Notes: generated by a model from the sequence alone, not told the origin. A DNA stretch of 64,000 nucleotides from Scenedesmus sp. PABB004 (GCA_014905635.1 CM026547.1:372001-436000), one strand, 5' to 3'; numbered from the stretch's first letter, positions 47,859 through 60,701 are shown. A program made the numbers and translations.

Positions 47859-49352
47859 TCACCAGTCGCCGCGCGGCCCCAGCAGGCCCCACACGCTGCC
47901 GGCGTCGCCGTCGGGCAGCGCGTCGCGCCAGCCGCCCGCCGCGCCGTCCTCCCCCTCCTCCTCCTCCTCCTCCTGGTCGTCCTCCTCCTCTGGGCTTGAG
48001 CTGCCGCCGCCGCGCTCGCCTTCGTCGTCGGGGCTGGGGTGGAGCACGCCCTCAGCGAAGCTCACTCGCTGCAGCGTGACGCGCGTGGGCTGCAGCGGCG
48101 CCGCCGGCACCGGCGCCTCCTCGGCCGAGTCGCCCGCGGGGGCTGGCGCGGGCGCTGGCGCGGCCGCCGCCGCCGCCAGCCGCGCCGCGGCCGCGCGCAG
48201 CGCCTCGCCGTGCGCGCAGTGGTCCCCGGCCTGGCGCCGCGCGCGCGGGTCGGCCTCGCGCTCCAGCAGCACCAGCTCGCCCAGCGCCGCGCCGCCGCCG
48301 CGCCGCGGCGCCACCAGCGCCTCGACGTGGGGCGCCATGCCGGGGCAGCAGCGCCCGCAGAGCAGCTTGGCAGGCAGCGCGAGCGCGGCGAGGCGCAGCC
48401 CGGCCAGCTCCGCCAGCAGCGCCGCGGCCGCCTTTTTGGCGGGCAGCTCGAACGACAGCCGCACGTGCGTCAGCTGCGTCAGCCGGCCGACGCCGCGCAG
48501 CTCGGCCGCCGGGCCGCAGCCGTGCACGCTGAGGCGGCGCAGCGCGCCCAGGCGCGCGAGCTGCCCCGGCAGCGCGCCGCACGCCGCCGTCGCGTCGCCG
48601 TACGCGCGCAGCGCCTCCAGCGCGGGGCAGCGCCGCAGCGCCGCGCCGAGCGGCACGCGCTCGAGGTGGCTGAACGTGGCGTAGCGCTCCAGCGCGGCAA
48701 ACTCTGGGGCCTCAAACACGCAGCGCAGCCCCGGGAAGGCAGCGCCCCACGCGTCGGCCGCCTCGCCCCCGTCGGCCGCCTCAACGTGCACCGCGCCCGC
48801 GCCGAGGTGGGTCAGCCCCGGCAGCGCCGCGTCGGGCGGCGCCGGCAGGTGCAGCGCGCCGGCCGCGAGGTGGCGCAGCCCCGGCGCGAGCGCGGCGACG
48901 TCGGCGAGGCCGCGCAGCGTGCCGCGCACGCGCAGCGCGCGCAGGCGCGGCAGCGCCGGCGGCGGGGCGGCGCCGCCGGTGGCCATGCGCGCCCACGTGC
49001 GCCGGCCGTCCAGCGCGAGCGTGGTCAGCGCCGGCAGCGCCGCCGCGGCCGTGGCCGCGAGGGCGCACCACTCGGCCGGCGTGCGCACCGTGGCGGCCAG
49101 CGCCGTCACGTGCGCCAGCCGCGCGGCCGCGCCCGCGGTCGGCGGCGCCGCCGGCGGCGCGCCGCGCAGCCGCAGCGCGGTGACGCGCTGCGCGCACGCC
49201 GCCGCCAGCGCGCGGCACGCCAGCCGCGCCGCCGGCACCGCCGCCGGCTCCAGGCGCGCCGCGATCGCGTCGAGCAGCGGCGCCGGCAGGGCGTGAAGCG
49301 ACCCCCTTTCCGCCGCCGGCGCCGGCGGGCTGGTCGGCGGGGAGGTGGCCAT
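47859..49352 (-). CDS. Intronless F-box-like/LRR protein with acidic C-terminal tail
   Basis: SLHALPAPLLDAIAARL..AARLACRALAAA, then LPALTTLAL, LPRLRALRV, CPALEALRA, LTQLTHVRL. Confidence 0.7.
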   Translation of the reverse strand: MATSPPTSPPAPAAERGSLHALPAPLLDAIAARLEPAAVPAARLACRALAAACAQRVTALRLRGAPPAAPPTAGAAARLAHVTALAATVRTPAEWCALAATAAAALPALTTLALDGRRTWARMATGGAAPPPALPRLRALRVRGTLRGLADVAALAPGLRHLAAGALHLPAPPDAALPGLTHLGAGAVHVEAADGGEAADAWGAAFPGLRCVFEAPEFAALERYATFSHLERVPLGAALRRCPALEALRAYGDATAACGALPGQLARLGALRRLSVHGCGPAAELRGVGRLTQLTHVRLSFELPAKKAAAALLAELAGLRLAALALPAKLLCGRCCPGMAPHVEALVAPRRGGGAALGELVLLEREADPRARRQAGDHCAHGEALRAAAARLAAAAAAPAPAPAPAGDSAEEAPVPAAPLQPTRVTLQRVSFAEGVLHPSPDDEGERGGGSSSPEEEDDQEEEEEEGEDGAAGGWRDALPDGDAGSVWGLLGPRGDW

Positions 49353-49849
49353 GGAGGAGCGCATGCTGTGGGGGCCCAGCTGCCACCGGCTGGCGCCGCC
49401 GGCGGCGGGCGCTGCAGGACGGCTGCCGCCGCTGCCGCCCGCCGTCACGGGGCGCGCGCGAGCGGCCGTGCGTGCAAGTCTCCGGGTGTCGGCGGCGACT
49501 GTGGGCGCGGCGGAGCGGGCGCGCGAGCTCAGAGAGCTGGACCGGGCCTGGAACCCCAGCGCGCCGCTCAAAAAACTGACAGCCGGCCGCGGCGGGCAGA
49601 CAGGGGCTCGCCGACGCGCCGGCAGCCCGCCCGTGCGTCCCCAGTCCGCCAACCACTCCCAGGCCTCGTGCAGCCGCCCGGGCCGCGCCCCCTGCGCCGT
49701 GCGCGCCGCCGCGCCTCGCCGCGGCTGCTGCGGCCGCCCCGCGGCGCTGTCTGCCCGGCCCCGGAGCTTTCCAAGCTTCGCCCTTGCGCTTGAGCAGCAG
49801 CGCCGGCCGCGGCGGGCCGCAGCGGCGAGGTGGCCGCACGACAGCGGCC

Positions 49850-51470
49850 ATGCCGCCGTCACGCGGCAAGCGCAAGGCCGCGGATGGCGTGGCCGCCCCC
49901 GCGGTCAGTGCCGCGGTGCTGCAGCTGGTGAACGAGCGGCTCAGCGCCATTGACGCCGCAGGTGGGCGCGGCCGGCGCCGGCGAGCGAGCGCGGCGGCGC
50001 GCAGTGGCGGTTGCGCACCCCCACCCCGCCGCGCCCGCGGCCGCGCAGTCGAGGAGCGCTGCGAGGCCATCTTGGCCGCGGCGGACGACGCGGTGGCGCA
50101 GCTCATGCAGGAGCTGCGCGTGCGCCTGGCGAGCATGCCCACCAAGGTGCGCCGCGCGCGCTGCGGCGCGGTGCTGCGTGGTGCGCCGCCGCCCGCGCAC
50201 GCACCTGCGCACAAGCCGCGCCGCCGCGCGGCGCAGGTGCGCAACATGCGGTACGCGGAGCACGCCGCCGCGGCCGCGCCGGCGCGCGGAGACGAGGACG
50301 CCGCGGCGGCGGCGGTCGACAGCAAGCTGGGCGCGCTGCAGGCCGCGAGCGAGGCCGCCGCGACGGCAGCGCCCACGACGCGCAGCCTGCGCAGCCGCGC
50401 GCGCGCCGCGACAGCTGCGGAGCCGCGCACCGTGCGCGCGACGCGCGCGCGCCAGCCGGTGCCCAAGTTTGCTGCGCCGCCGGCGGCCGGCGACGGCGAG
50501 GAGGAGGGCGGCGCCCCTGCGTCGCCGCCGGCGGCGCAGCGGCCGGCGGCGCCGGCCGGCGGCGACGCCACGCCCGGCGCGCCCGGCGCCGCCGCGGCCG
50601 CGGCGCCGGCGCAGGCGGCGGCCGAGCCGGGCGGCGGCGGCGACGACGCGGCGCACCTGCGCGCGCAGGCCAAGGTCGACGCGCGGCTGGCCGCCATCGG
50701 CCTCGCCGCGGGCGCCGCGACCGCGGCGCGCGGCGGGCGCACCGCGCTGCGCGCGCCGCAGCCGGGCGAGGCCTTCTTCTCTCAAAACGGTGCGTGTCGC
50801 GGCGCGCGCCCCTCCGCTGCCCCCACCTCCGCCTCCCCACCCCTCGCCTCCCCACCTCCCTGGGATGCGCCTACCCGGGTGACACGCGCCCCGGCTGAGC
50901 GGCGACGCCGCCCGCGCCCCCCACAGGGTCGCCGCTGTCGATGCACCCCAACGTCACGCGCGGGCGCCGCCGCGGCGCCGCCGCGGCCGCCGCCGGCGGC
51001 GCCGGCGGCGGCTGGCCGCTGATGACGCCCGCGGCCGGGCCGGCCGCGGCGCCGCCGGGCGCGACCACGCTCGGCTGCTTCACGCTCATTTCCAAGCAGG
51101 GCGGCCGCGCGCCCGGCGCGGCCGCGGCGACGGGGCGCGCGGGGCGCAGCCGCGCGGCGGCCGCGGGCGCCGGCGCGGCCGCCGCCGCCGGCGCCGCGCC
51201 GGCCGGCGCCGAGGGCGGCACCGCCATGGTCATCATGACCGACGGTGCGGCGTGGAGAGCCGGGGGGCCGCGCGCTGCGCTGGGCCGACCCCGCTCTTTT
51301 CCAGCGCGGCGCGGGCAGTCGCTGACCCAGCCGCCGGGCGCGCACCCGCAGACGGCGCGTCGTGGACCGTCGACGGCGGCCTGGACGGCGTGCCCGCCAG
51401 CCACCGCGCCGAGGTCGCGGGCAAGCTGCGGGCCATCCAGGCGCTCGCGGCGGCGGCGCTCGGCGGCTGA
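49850..51470 (+). CDS. Borealin-related protein (chromosomal passenger complex)
   Basis: N-terminal Nbl1/Borealin-like helix (IDAA|VEERCEAI..LRVRLASMPTK|VRNM) and the signature LRAPQPGEAFFSQNG|SPL. Confidence 0.75.
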
Positions 51471-51746
51471 GACGCAAGGGCTCTGCGCAAGCCCTTGCGG
51501 CCGCCGACCCGAGGGGCGGCGAGCGCCACGCACGGGAAACGGCCTCTGCACCGCGCCCCACGCCTCCCCCGGCCCGCCCAGCCGCCAGCGGCGCCGCCAG
51601 GCAGCAGCGCGGGCAGCAGCGCGCATCGCGCCTTGGCACGGCCCCGCGCCCGCCACAGCGCACCCGCCCGCGCGGCGTGCGGTCCAGCGACGCGTTGTGC
51701 TGCTGCAACGCGTTCTTTGGCCCGCCAGCCGCCCGCGTGCAGCGCA

Positions 51747-54242
51747 ATGCGATCGCTGTTGCCGCCGCTGCCGTCGGTGCACGCGGGCGCCTACCCGCCG
51801 GGCGCGACGCTCAACGGCGGGCGCTACGTGATCGAAAGAAAGCTCAACAAGTGAACGCGCCTGCGGGGGCGCCTGGCGGCTGCTCGCTGCGCCGCCGGCG
51901 GCCGACCGCGCCCGCGCCCGCCGCCCGCCGCCCACGCTCGTCCGCAGGGGGGCGACGGCCGTGGTCTACGCCGCGCTGGACAAGCACACGGGACTCAAGG
52001 TGGCGCTCAAGGTGCGGCCGCGCCGCCCCGCGCGCTCTGCTCGGCCGCGCGGCGAGGTCCGCGCGCCCACCGCCCCGCGCGCCCGCCGCCCCGCGTGCCC
52101 GCCGCCCCGCGCGCGTGCGGCGCCGCAGGTGGTGCAGTGCGACACCAACAAGGTGCCCGTCAGCGTCGTGCGGCGCGAGGTCACGCTGTCGAGCAGCGTC
52201 GCGCACGAGAACATGGTCACGCTGCTCGACGTCTTCGCGGAGGGCATGGCGCTCATCATCGTGGTGCGGCCGCGCGCCGAGCTGAGCTGAGCCGCCGTGC
52301 GTGGCGCGCCGAGCTGAGCCGAGCCCTCCGCCGTGCGCGGCGCGCGCCCGAACAAAATGTCGACCCCCGCCGACCGCCGCCGCGGCGCGCCGCAGTGGGA
52401 GCTCATCAGCGGCCCGGACCTGCTCGAGCTGCTCAACGAGGCCGGCGGCCGCCTCGGCGAGGCCGCGGCGGCCTTCTACTTCGTGCAGGTCCGCTTGCAA
52501 CGCAGGGGGCTGGGCGGTTGCACCTGCCGGTTGCAGCACCCAGCGGCTGCGGGGCTGCTCGCATCCGCGCGCGCGCGCCACGCCGCCGCGCGCGCCGCCG
52601 CCGCCGCAGCTGCTGCGCGGCGTGCTGCACATCCACGCGACGGGCTTCTGCCACCGAGACATCAAGCCCGAGGTGAGCGTGCGCACTCCCCGAGGCCGCC
52701 AGCGCGTGGCCGCACAGCGCGCGAGCCGCACAGTGGCTCGCGCCGCCGCCGACCAGCAGCCGCGCCCGGCCTCGCGCGCACCGCAGAACTGCATGGTCAC
52801 GCGAGACACGAAGGTGTTAAAGGTACCAGCCGCGCGCGCCCCCACGCGCGGCGCCCGCCCCCACGCGCAGCGCCCGCCCGCCGGCGGCGGTCTCTCACGG
52901 CGCCCGCGCGCCCTGCCCACCTGCCCGGCGCGCAACGACCAGCTCATCGACTTTGGGCTGAGCAAGCACGTCGACAGCGTGGCGACGCTCGGCATCGGGA
53001 CCGTGGACTACATGGCGCCGGAGCTCGTGGGCACGCAGGTCAAGCAGCACCACGGCGGCGGCGCCCGGGCGCCGCGCGGCCCCGCGCCGCTGCCGCACGA
53101 GGCGCCGCCGCCGGCGCTCGCGGGCCGCGCCGCCGACCTCGCGGGCCTGGACGGCGTGCCGGGCCGCCTGCCGCCGCAGCCGCTCGCGCCCGGCGGCGGC
53201 CGCGGCGGCGGCGCCGTCGGGCGGGCAGCGTACGGCGGCGAGCAGGTGGGGCCGGCGCGCTGCGGCGCCGCCGGGCGGCGCGCACGCCGCCAGCCGGCTC
53301 ACGCCCGCTCGCCTTCCAGGTGGACGCGTGGGCCATGGGCGTGCTGCTCTTCCTGCTCGTCAGCGGCACCTACCCGTTTGAGGTGCGCCGCATGCTGAGC
53401 GCCGCACGCTGCGCGCCGTCCTGCAAGCCGCGAGCTGCGCGCCGTCCTGCAAGCCGCGCGTGCGCCGGTCTGGCGCACCGGCGCCGCGTGCCACACGCGG
53501 CGCTGCGCCCGCCGCCACGCGTGCAGGACCCCGCGCAGCCCAACAGCCTGGCCGCGACCATCCAAAACGTGCTCGCGGGTCGCCGCCGCGCGCTGCCGCC
53601 GCACATCGGCGCCGGCTGCCGCGCCGTGATCGCCGGCCTGCTGCACCCCGACCCCGCCGAGCGCACGTGCCTGCAGGCGCGCGCAAGGGCGGGGCGCCTC
53701 CCGCGCGCTGCAGCCTGCCGGCCAGGCGCGCGCACAAGGCCCGGCCCGCGAGCCGCACACGCGCGGCCGCCGCCGCCGCCGCGGCGCAGGACCTCGCGCA
53801 CGACTCCTGGCTGCGCGGCGCGGCTTCGTCGTACGCGGCGCAGCTTGGCCCCATTGGCGAGTGCTTCGACCCTGCCAACCCAGCCTGGATCCTGCCCCAC
53901 TTGCACGCTGCGGCCGCGGCGGAGCCGCCCGCGCCGCCCGTGGCGCCGCCGGTGGCGGCGCACGCGGGCGCGGCGCCAGCCGGCGACGGCGGCGGCGGCG
54001 GCGGCGGCGCGGGGCAGGGCGCCCCGCCGGCGCCCGCCGGGCGGGCGCAGCCGGCGGCGTGCTCGCCGGACGGCAGCAGCGACGCCACGGAGTTCATGGA
54101 CACGTTTGACGAGCAGCAGCAGCCGCCTGCGGCGCCGCGGCCGGAGCTCGAGCTTGCGCGGCCCCGGGGCGGTGCGGCGCTGCCCGCCGGCAGGCGTGGC
54201 GGCCTGTCCAGGCTCGCCGACCTCGTGCGGCGCTGCATCTAG
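51747..54242 (+). CDS. Ser/Thr protein kinase (CAMK/SnRK-like), about 10 exons
   Basis: GATAVVY, VALK, HRDIKPE|N, LIDFGLSK, GTVDYMAPE, VDAWAMGV, GTYPFE|DP, HPDPAER. Confidence 0.92.
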
Positions 54243-54751
54243 CGCGCGCGTGCTGCTGCCGCCACCCGCGCGCACGGCTGCGAGTTGAGGTTGCTGGCAG
54301 CGGGAGCGCCGGCCGCGGCGGTGGCTGTTGGCTGGGCGCCGCGCGGCGAGTGAACAGCACGGCGGGAGGTTGCCGCACACGCCCCCACCCCGGTTGGTCG
54401 CTCTGCACAAGTGCTGCGCTCGCGCGCATGCTGCGCTCGCGCGCAGCGCGCATGCGCCTGCGCGCGCACACACATCGATGCGCCGGGCGGGCCACTCGGC
54501 GGCCCTGCACCCGTGCAGCCGACCGCCACGGCCCCCGAGGCTGCGTCGGAGCGTGGCGGGTCTCACGCGCCAGCACGGGCCTCACACAAGATGCAGTGCT
54601 TGTGGTGCGCCGGGGCGTGCCGCGGCTCGCACCAAGGTTCGCATGCAGCAACAAAAGCGTCCACTGATCGAAGGGGATGCTCGAATGGGTGCCAGCCGAT
54701 ATAACACAATCAAATGGCCCCGCATGCGCGGCGGCGTTCGCGCAGCAGCGA

Positions 54752-57700
54752 TCACGCGGCGCACGCGGCGGCCTCCGCGGCGCTCGTCCCGACGACCACG
54801 TGCGGCGCCCTGCCGCCAGGCCAGGCCTCCATCGCCGCCTTGGCCTCGGCCAGGCCGGTGAGGCCGGGGTTGCCGTACACTTGCAGGCACCGCAGCTTGA
54901 ACGCGGGCCCCGCCATGAGCCGCCAGACGTCGGGCAAGGCGCCGGTGAACGCGTTTGCGCTCACGTCGAGCGTCACCAGCTCGCGCAGGCTCGCGAGCGC
55001 CGAGGGCAGCGAGCCGTCCAGGCGGTTGTCGGCCACGTCCAGCGCGGTCAGCGCCGTCAGGCGCGCGAGCGCCTCGGGCAGCGGCCCGGCGAGCGCGTTG
55101 CCGCGCAGGCGCAGCTCGCGCAGCTCCTCCAGGCCCGCCCACGCGAGGGGGAGGCCGCCCTCGAGCGCGCCGTTGGCGGTGAGATCCAGCACGCGGAGCT
55201 TCGCAAACGCCGCAAACGCGGGCGGCAGCGCGCCGGACAGGTTGAGGCGCGACAGCACGAGCACCTCCAGCCGCGCCATGCCCAGCAGGGCCGGGGCCGC
55301 CGCGGCCGGGCCCGCTGACGCGGCGCCGGCGGCGCCGCCGCCGGCGAACGCGCCGCCCAGGGCCGCCTCAACCGCCGCGAGCGCGCGCCGCGCCGCCGCG
55401 GCGGCGCCGGGGGCGCGCCCCGCGCTGCCGCCGCCGCCCGCGCGCGCGCCGGACGTCGCCGCCGCGAGCGCGGCGCGCCCCTGCGCGAGCGCGTCGGCGG
55501 CGGCGCGCCGCGCCGCCGCGGCGCCCGCCCACGCGGCGGGCAGGCCCCCGCTGATGGGCGCGCCGCTGACGACCAGCTCGGTCAGGCTCTTGAGCAGGCC
55601 CAGGCTCGGCGGCAGCTCGCCGGACAGCCCGGCGCAGCCCGCCGCGCGCAGCACGCGGAGCTGCTGCAGCGACGCCCAGCCGGGCAGGCCGCCGGTGAGG
55701 CCAGTGCACTGCGACACGTCCAGCAGCTGGAGGCCGGTGAGGCCGGCCCAGAGGCTCGGGAAGGGTCCGGTCAGCCCCGGGTTGGAGCTGAGGTCTAGCG
55801 ACTCCAGCATCCCAAAGCCCACCGCCAGCGCCTCGGGCAGCGGCCCCGACACGCCGACGTCGCTGACGTTGAGCGCGCGCAGGTGCGGGAGGCCCGCGAT
55901 CGCCGCCACCAGGTCGCCCAGCGCGAGGCCGCCGGACCCGCCGGCCAGCCGCACGCCCGCGCCGGCGAGGTCGAGGCCAGTCACGTGGTACGCCGCGTTG
56001 CACGACACGCCCTGCCACTCACGGCAGAAGCGCGGCGGCGTCTGGACGCCTGCGGCAAGTGGGCGGGCGGGCGGGCGAGTCAGTGGGCGTCGGCGGCGCG
56101 CGGGCGGCGCAGCGGCGGTTTCTGGCCCGCGGGGCGCGCGCGCGCGCCCCGCGCGCTCGCACCCGCGCCGCCGGGGTCGCCGCGCCAGGTCGCGACGCCG
56201 CCGAGCTTTGCGCCCGCGCCGCGCAGCGCCGCCGCGAGGCCGCGCAGCGCGGCGACCTCGGCGCTGCCGGCGACGCAGTCGGGCAGCGGCGGGTCGCGGA
56301 CGATGAGCACGCCGGGCGGGTTGCACCCGCTGATGCGCGTCCCTGTGAGTTCAATGTACGCGGCGCTGAAGTGGGACCACGAGGACGGCACCGTCCCGCT
56401 CACGTTGGTGCCGGTGAGCCAGAGCTCCATGTTGGCCGGCAGCGCCGCCGCGGCGCCCCACTCGGGCGGCAGCTGGCCCCCAAAGGGCTTGTTGTCGAGA
56501 AGATAGATGGAGGTGAGGTGCCGCAGGCCCGCAAAGCTCGCCGGGAGGCCGCCGGTCAGGTTGTTGGCTGGCGCGCGGTGGCGGGCGGGCGGGCGGGTGG
56601 GGTGGGCGGGGGCGGTGAGCGCGCCGCGGGCAGGCGGCGGCGGCGGCGCGGCAGCGCGGCTGCACGCGCGGCCAGGGCTCGCGCTCACTGCGCAGGTCGA
56701 GCTGCTCCAGCGCCGCCAGCTGGCCGTACTCGGGCGGGATGCTCCCCACCAGGCCGCACGCCGGCAGCGCCAGCAGGCGCAGGCGGGGCGCGGCGGCCGC
56801 GAGCTCGCGCGGCAGCGCGAGGTCGGCGCGCGCCGCCGCGGTGTCTGGCGAGTTGAGCTCGCACTGGTAGCACTGAAACTCCTGCAGCCGCGGCAGCGCC
56901 GCCGCGAGCGCGGGCAGGCCGCGCAGGGCGAGGCCCGCGTACGAGCCGTGCACGCCGGTCACAAACACGCCGTCGTCGACGAGCGAGAGCTTGATGACCA
57001 GGTTGACGTACGACGTCTCCCGGTACGTGACGACCGCCGACGTCTGGCCCGCGGGCACGAGCCGCCGCAGCGGCGCAAGGCCGCCGAGCCAGTCGGCGAG
57101 GCCGTCCCGGAACGCGGCGACCTCGCCCGCGTACGACGCGTCGGCCGGGAGCGGGCCCGCGGTCAGCAGCGGCGCGAGGCCGCGCAGCGCGGCGGCCTGC
57201 CGCGCCTCCACGTCCGCGCCGTCGCTCGCGCAGAGGCCGCGCATGGCCGTGCCGCTGAACGTCAGCATCGTGAAGGGGACAGCGGGGCACAGCCCGAGAG
57301 CGCCGCGTTGCCGTCGACGCGCAGCGTGGCGGCCCGGTCCCGCTGGCACCGCCAGCTCGGCGTGAAGTCCTCGCCCTGCATGGCGGCCGCGAGGAGGGGG
57401 GGGGGCGTGGGCACGGGCCGGAGGCGCAGCACGGGCAGGTCGCGCGCACACGGCAGCGCGGCGGTGCGACGGCGGGGGCGGCGCGGCGGCGGGGGCGCAC
57501 CAGCAGGTTGTTTCGGAGGTCGAGCTCATACGGCGGGTTGCAGGGGCCGGGCAGCTCGGGTAGCGCGCCCGACAGGCGGTTGTTGGCGAGGTTGAGCAGC
57601 GCGGGGCTCTCCGCGGTGTTCGTCCAGTTGGCGGCAAAGACGGCGGCCGGCAGCGAGCCCGCGATCCTGCGGCGCGGCGCGGCGCGGCGCGAGCGTGGGC

Positions 57701-60700
57701 GGGCGCGGGCGGGCGCCGCGGTGCCGCCGCCGCGCCGCCGGCGCGCGCGCGAGCGGGTTGCAGCCGGGCGCGGGGCGCGGGGCGCGCGCCTGTTGTTGTT
57801 GAGCTTGAGTGTGTTGATTGAGATGCCAGCAAACCACTCCGGCGGCAGCGGCCCGGCGATGCCGCAGGCCGCGTCGGCCACGACCTCGTCGCGGCCGGAG
57901 ACGTCCACGCGCGACAGCATGTGGCCGCCGCCGCCGGCGCTCCAGCCGCGCAGCAGGTTGCGCGGCAGGCTGCCCGTGAGGCAGTAGTGGCTGATCGTCA
58001 CGTCCTCCAGCGCGCCCAGCGCGCCGAGCTGGGGCGGCAGCGCGCCGTCGCGCACGACGAGGCGCAGCTCGCGCAGCGCAGGCAGCTGCTGCAGCGCCGC
58101 CGCGAGCGCGGGGCCGAGGCTCGGCGCCGCGGCGCGGCCGTCGGCGCGGCCGCGCACGCCGCCGCGGACGTCGACGTGCAGCTTTGCCACGTCGCCGGCC
58201 TCGTTGGGCTCGATCAGCAGCTCGCCGACCCACGGCGCCTCCCAGGCGGTGCCGCCGCGGCGGCGGACCACCACGCTCTCCAGCACCGCCATGTAGCCGT
58301 ACTGTATCGGCCAGTCGAGCGTGAGCGCGGTGATGGACGGGTCGACGGCGGCGAAGAGCGCCGCGACAGCGCGCGCCTGCGCGGCCTTGGGGTCGCGCAG
58401 GTACGCGACGCGGTCAAACTCGCCCGGCTGCGGTGGTCGGTGGCGCGGGTGGTGGGTGGAGGGGGCGGCAGCGTCAGCCCGGCCACGCCGGGGGCGGCTC
58501 GCCGCGGGCGGCGCAGGCGGGTGGGCGGCGCGCCGCGCCGCGGCCGCGCGCCTGGTCGGCCTTGGAGATGTTGCACACGCGCAGCGTCGTGCCGCGCGGC
58601 AGCGTGGCCGGGAGGTCAACATCAAAGTAGTGCAGCGTGCACCCCACGGTGCCCGGGCCGACGCAGCGCGCGCCCCCGCCGCCGCCGCGCAGCTGCTCGG
58701 ACAGCGCGGCCGCGCTGCAGTTGGTCGCGCTGGCGCGGCCCGCCGCGTCGTACGCGAGGCACTCGAAGAAGGGCCACGCCGCCGCGTCGGCGCCGCGCGG
58801 CGGCGCCACGTCGCGCGTCGCGGCCTTGACGACGGTCAGCACGTCGAGCAGGTCCGCCGCGCTCTGCGGCTTGGGCAGCTTGTACGTGATGGCGCGCGTC
58901 GCGCTCCCGCCGCGCGCGCGCCCGGCGGCGCGGCCGAGCGCGTCCTGGTTGCGCAGCACAAAGGACCGCAGGTTGAGGCCAAGGGCGTCCGAGATGGAGG
59001 CGATGTGCTCGCGCCGCGCCGCGATGCGGTAGCGGTAGCAGTCGGGGGACAGGTTGAACAGGTCGGCCTTCGGCCGCTCCAGCTCGAGCGGCAGCCGCGG
59101 CCGCCACGGCGCGGTCTCGTGCGGGTCGAGCTCGCCGCCGGGCGCGGGCACGCACGAGACGCCAAACGTCTGGTCGGGCACGCCCACGCCGGCAACGCCC
59201 ATCTTGATCTGGCGCGCGGGCGGGCGCGCCGGGCGGCGGCGTGAGTGCTGCCGCGGCGGCGACCGCTCGCACACCCACACACGCACCTTGAACAGCCCAT
59301 CCGCGGTCACGCCGCGGTCGCTGTTCTTGGTGGTGTCGCTGTCGCCCCAGCTGTTGAGAATGGTCCAGGTGAAGTCCGCGTTGTCATAGCCCACGATCGT
59401 CACCGCGTGGCCAAAGAGCGGCGCGGCGGTGCGGTTATATTGATAAGGCGGCAGGTCCACGCCGCGCCGGGTCCGGGCCGAGGCGTTGAACTGCACCGGG
59501 AAGTCGTCGTTGATGCTGCGGGGGGCGCCGGCGACGGAGCGGACGGAGCGGCGCACGCCCGCGGCGCGCGTGAGCACCGACCGCGCCGCGCGCGGCCGCG
59601 GCCGCGGCCAGGGGCGGCCACCAGCCCCGCCGGGCGGGCGCGCGCGGGCGCTCACGTGATGCGGCTGATGACGGCGCCGTGCATGCGGATGTGCTGCTGG
59701 ATCTGCCAGAAGGTGCTCAACGAGCGATAGGAGCACTTGAGCCAGGGCTGCGCGTCGGTGAACGCGCTGCACTGCCCGCCCGCGGCCTGCCGGCAGCTCG
59801 GCTCCCACTGCGTGACGTCGGGCTCCTTGGCCACGTCGTTCAGCAGGCCCGCCGCGTCGGCGCACTCGGCCGGGCGGATGAGCTGCGGCGCCTCGTCAAC
59901 AATAAAGTTCAGCGCCTCCTGGATCGTCCACCCCGTCTTGCAGGTGCGGCCGCCTGCGGCGGGCGCGGGCCGCGGGCGCGGGCGCGTCGCGGCGCGTCGA
60001 TTTGGCGGCGCGCTGCGCGCTGCGCGGCACGCTGCGCGGCCCCTCCAGCCACCACGCCGCGTGCGTGGCCGCACCCTTGGAGCAGTAGTAGAGCGACTGC
60101 GCGCTCACGTCCCAGCGCTGCACGCTGCGCAGCGCGGCGGGGGCCCGCGCCGCGGCCTGCGCGGCCGAGATCTGCATCGCCGCCGCGATCGCCTGCGCGA
60201 CGCAGCTGTTGCAGTCGCCCTGGTCGCGCGCCTTGGGCAGCGGGGAGGTGAGGAAGGTCTTGGGCGAGCCGGCGATGTAGTACATCTGCGGGCGCGGCGG
60301 CGCCAATGCGGCGGCGGCGGGGCACGAGCGGGGTGGGCGGCGGCCGGGCGCGCGCCGGAGCACACGAGCCGCCGCGGCGCGTGCGCCGCCGCCGCACGCA
60401 CCGACATCTGCAGCTGCTTCATCTCGTCGGCGCTGGAGAAGCCGCTGCCGGAGCCGCCCTTGCCGAACGATCCGCGCCCGGTGGACGTTGACGAGAGGCC
60501 GACCTGGCTCTCAAACGCGCCGAACGCGCCCGCCGCGCCGGCCTCGCCGATCGCAAGCTGCTCAAAGCTGATCTCCAGGCCCTGGCCGGCTGCTGGCTGG
60601 AGGAGCGCCGCCGCCGCGAGCGCCAGCACGAGCAGCAGCGGCGCCGCCGGGCGGCAGGCGGTGCCGCCAAGCGGCGCCGCTCGCCGTCCAGCGAGGACCA

Positions 60701-60701
60701 T
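54752..60701 (-). CDS. Large secreted multidomain protein: signal peptide, papain-like C1 cysteine peptidase, LysM-like segment and several extracellular-type LRR blocks
   Basis: Signal LLLVLALAAAALLQPAAG; RDQGDCNSC (60202..60222), GHAVTIVGYD (~59410), ILNSWG (59344..59355); plant-type LRRs (LDLSSNPGLTGPFP, LRGNALAGPLP, VADNRLDGSLP); LRR cap FCREWQGVSC. Confidence 0.85.
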
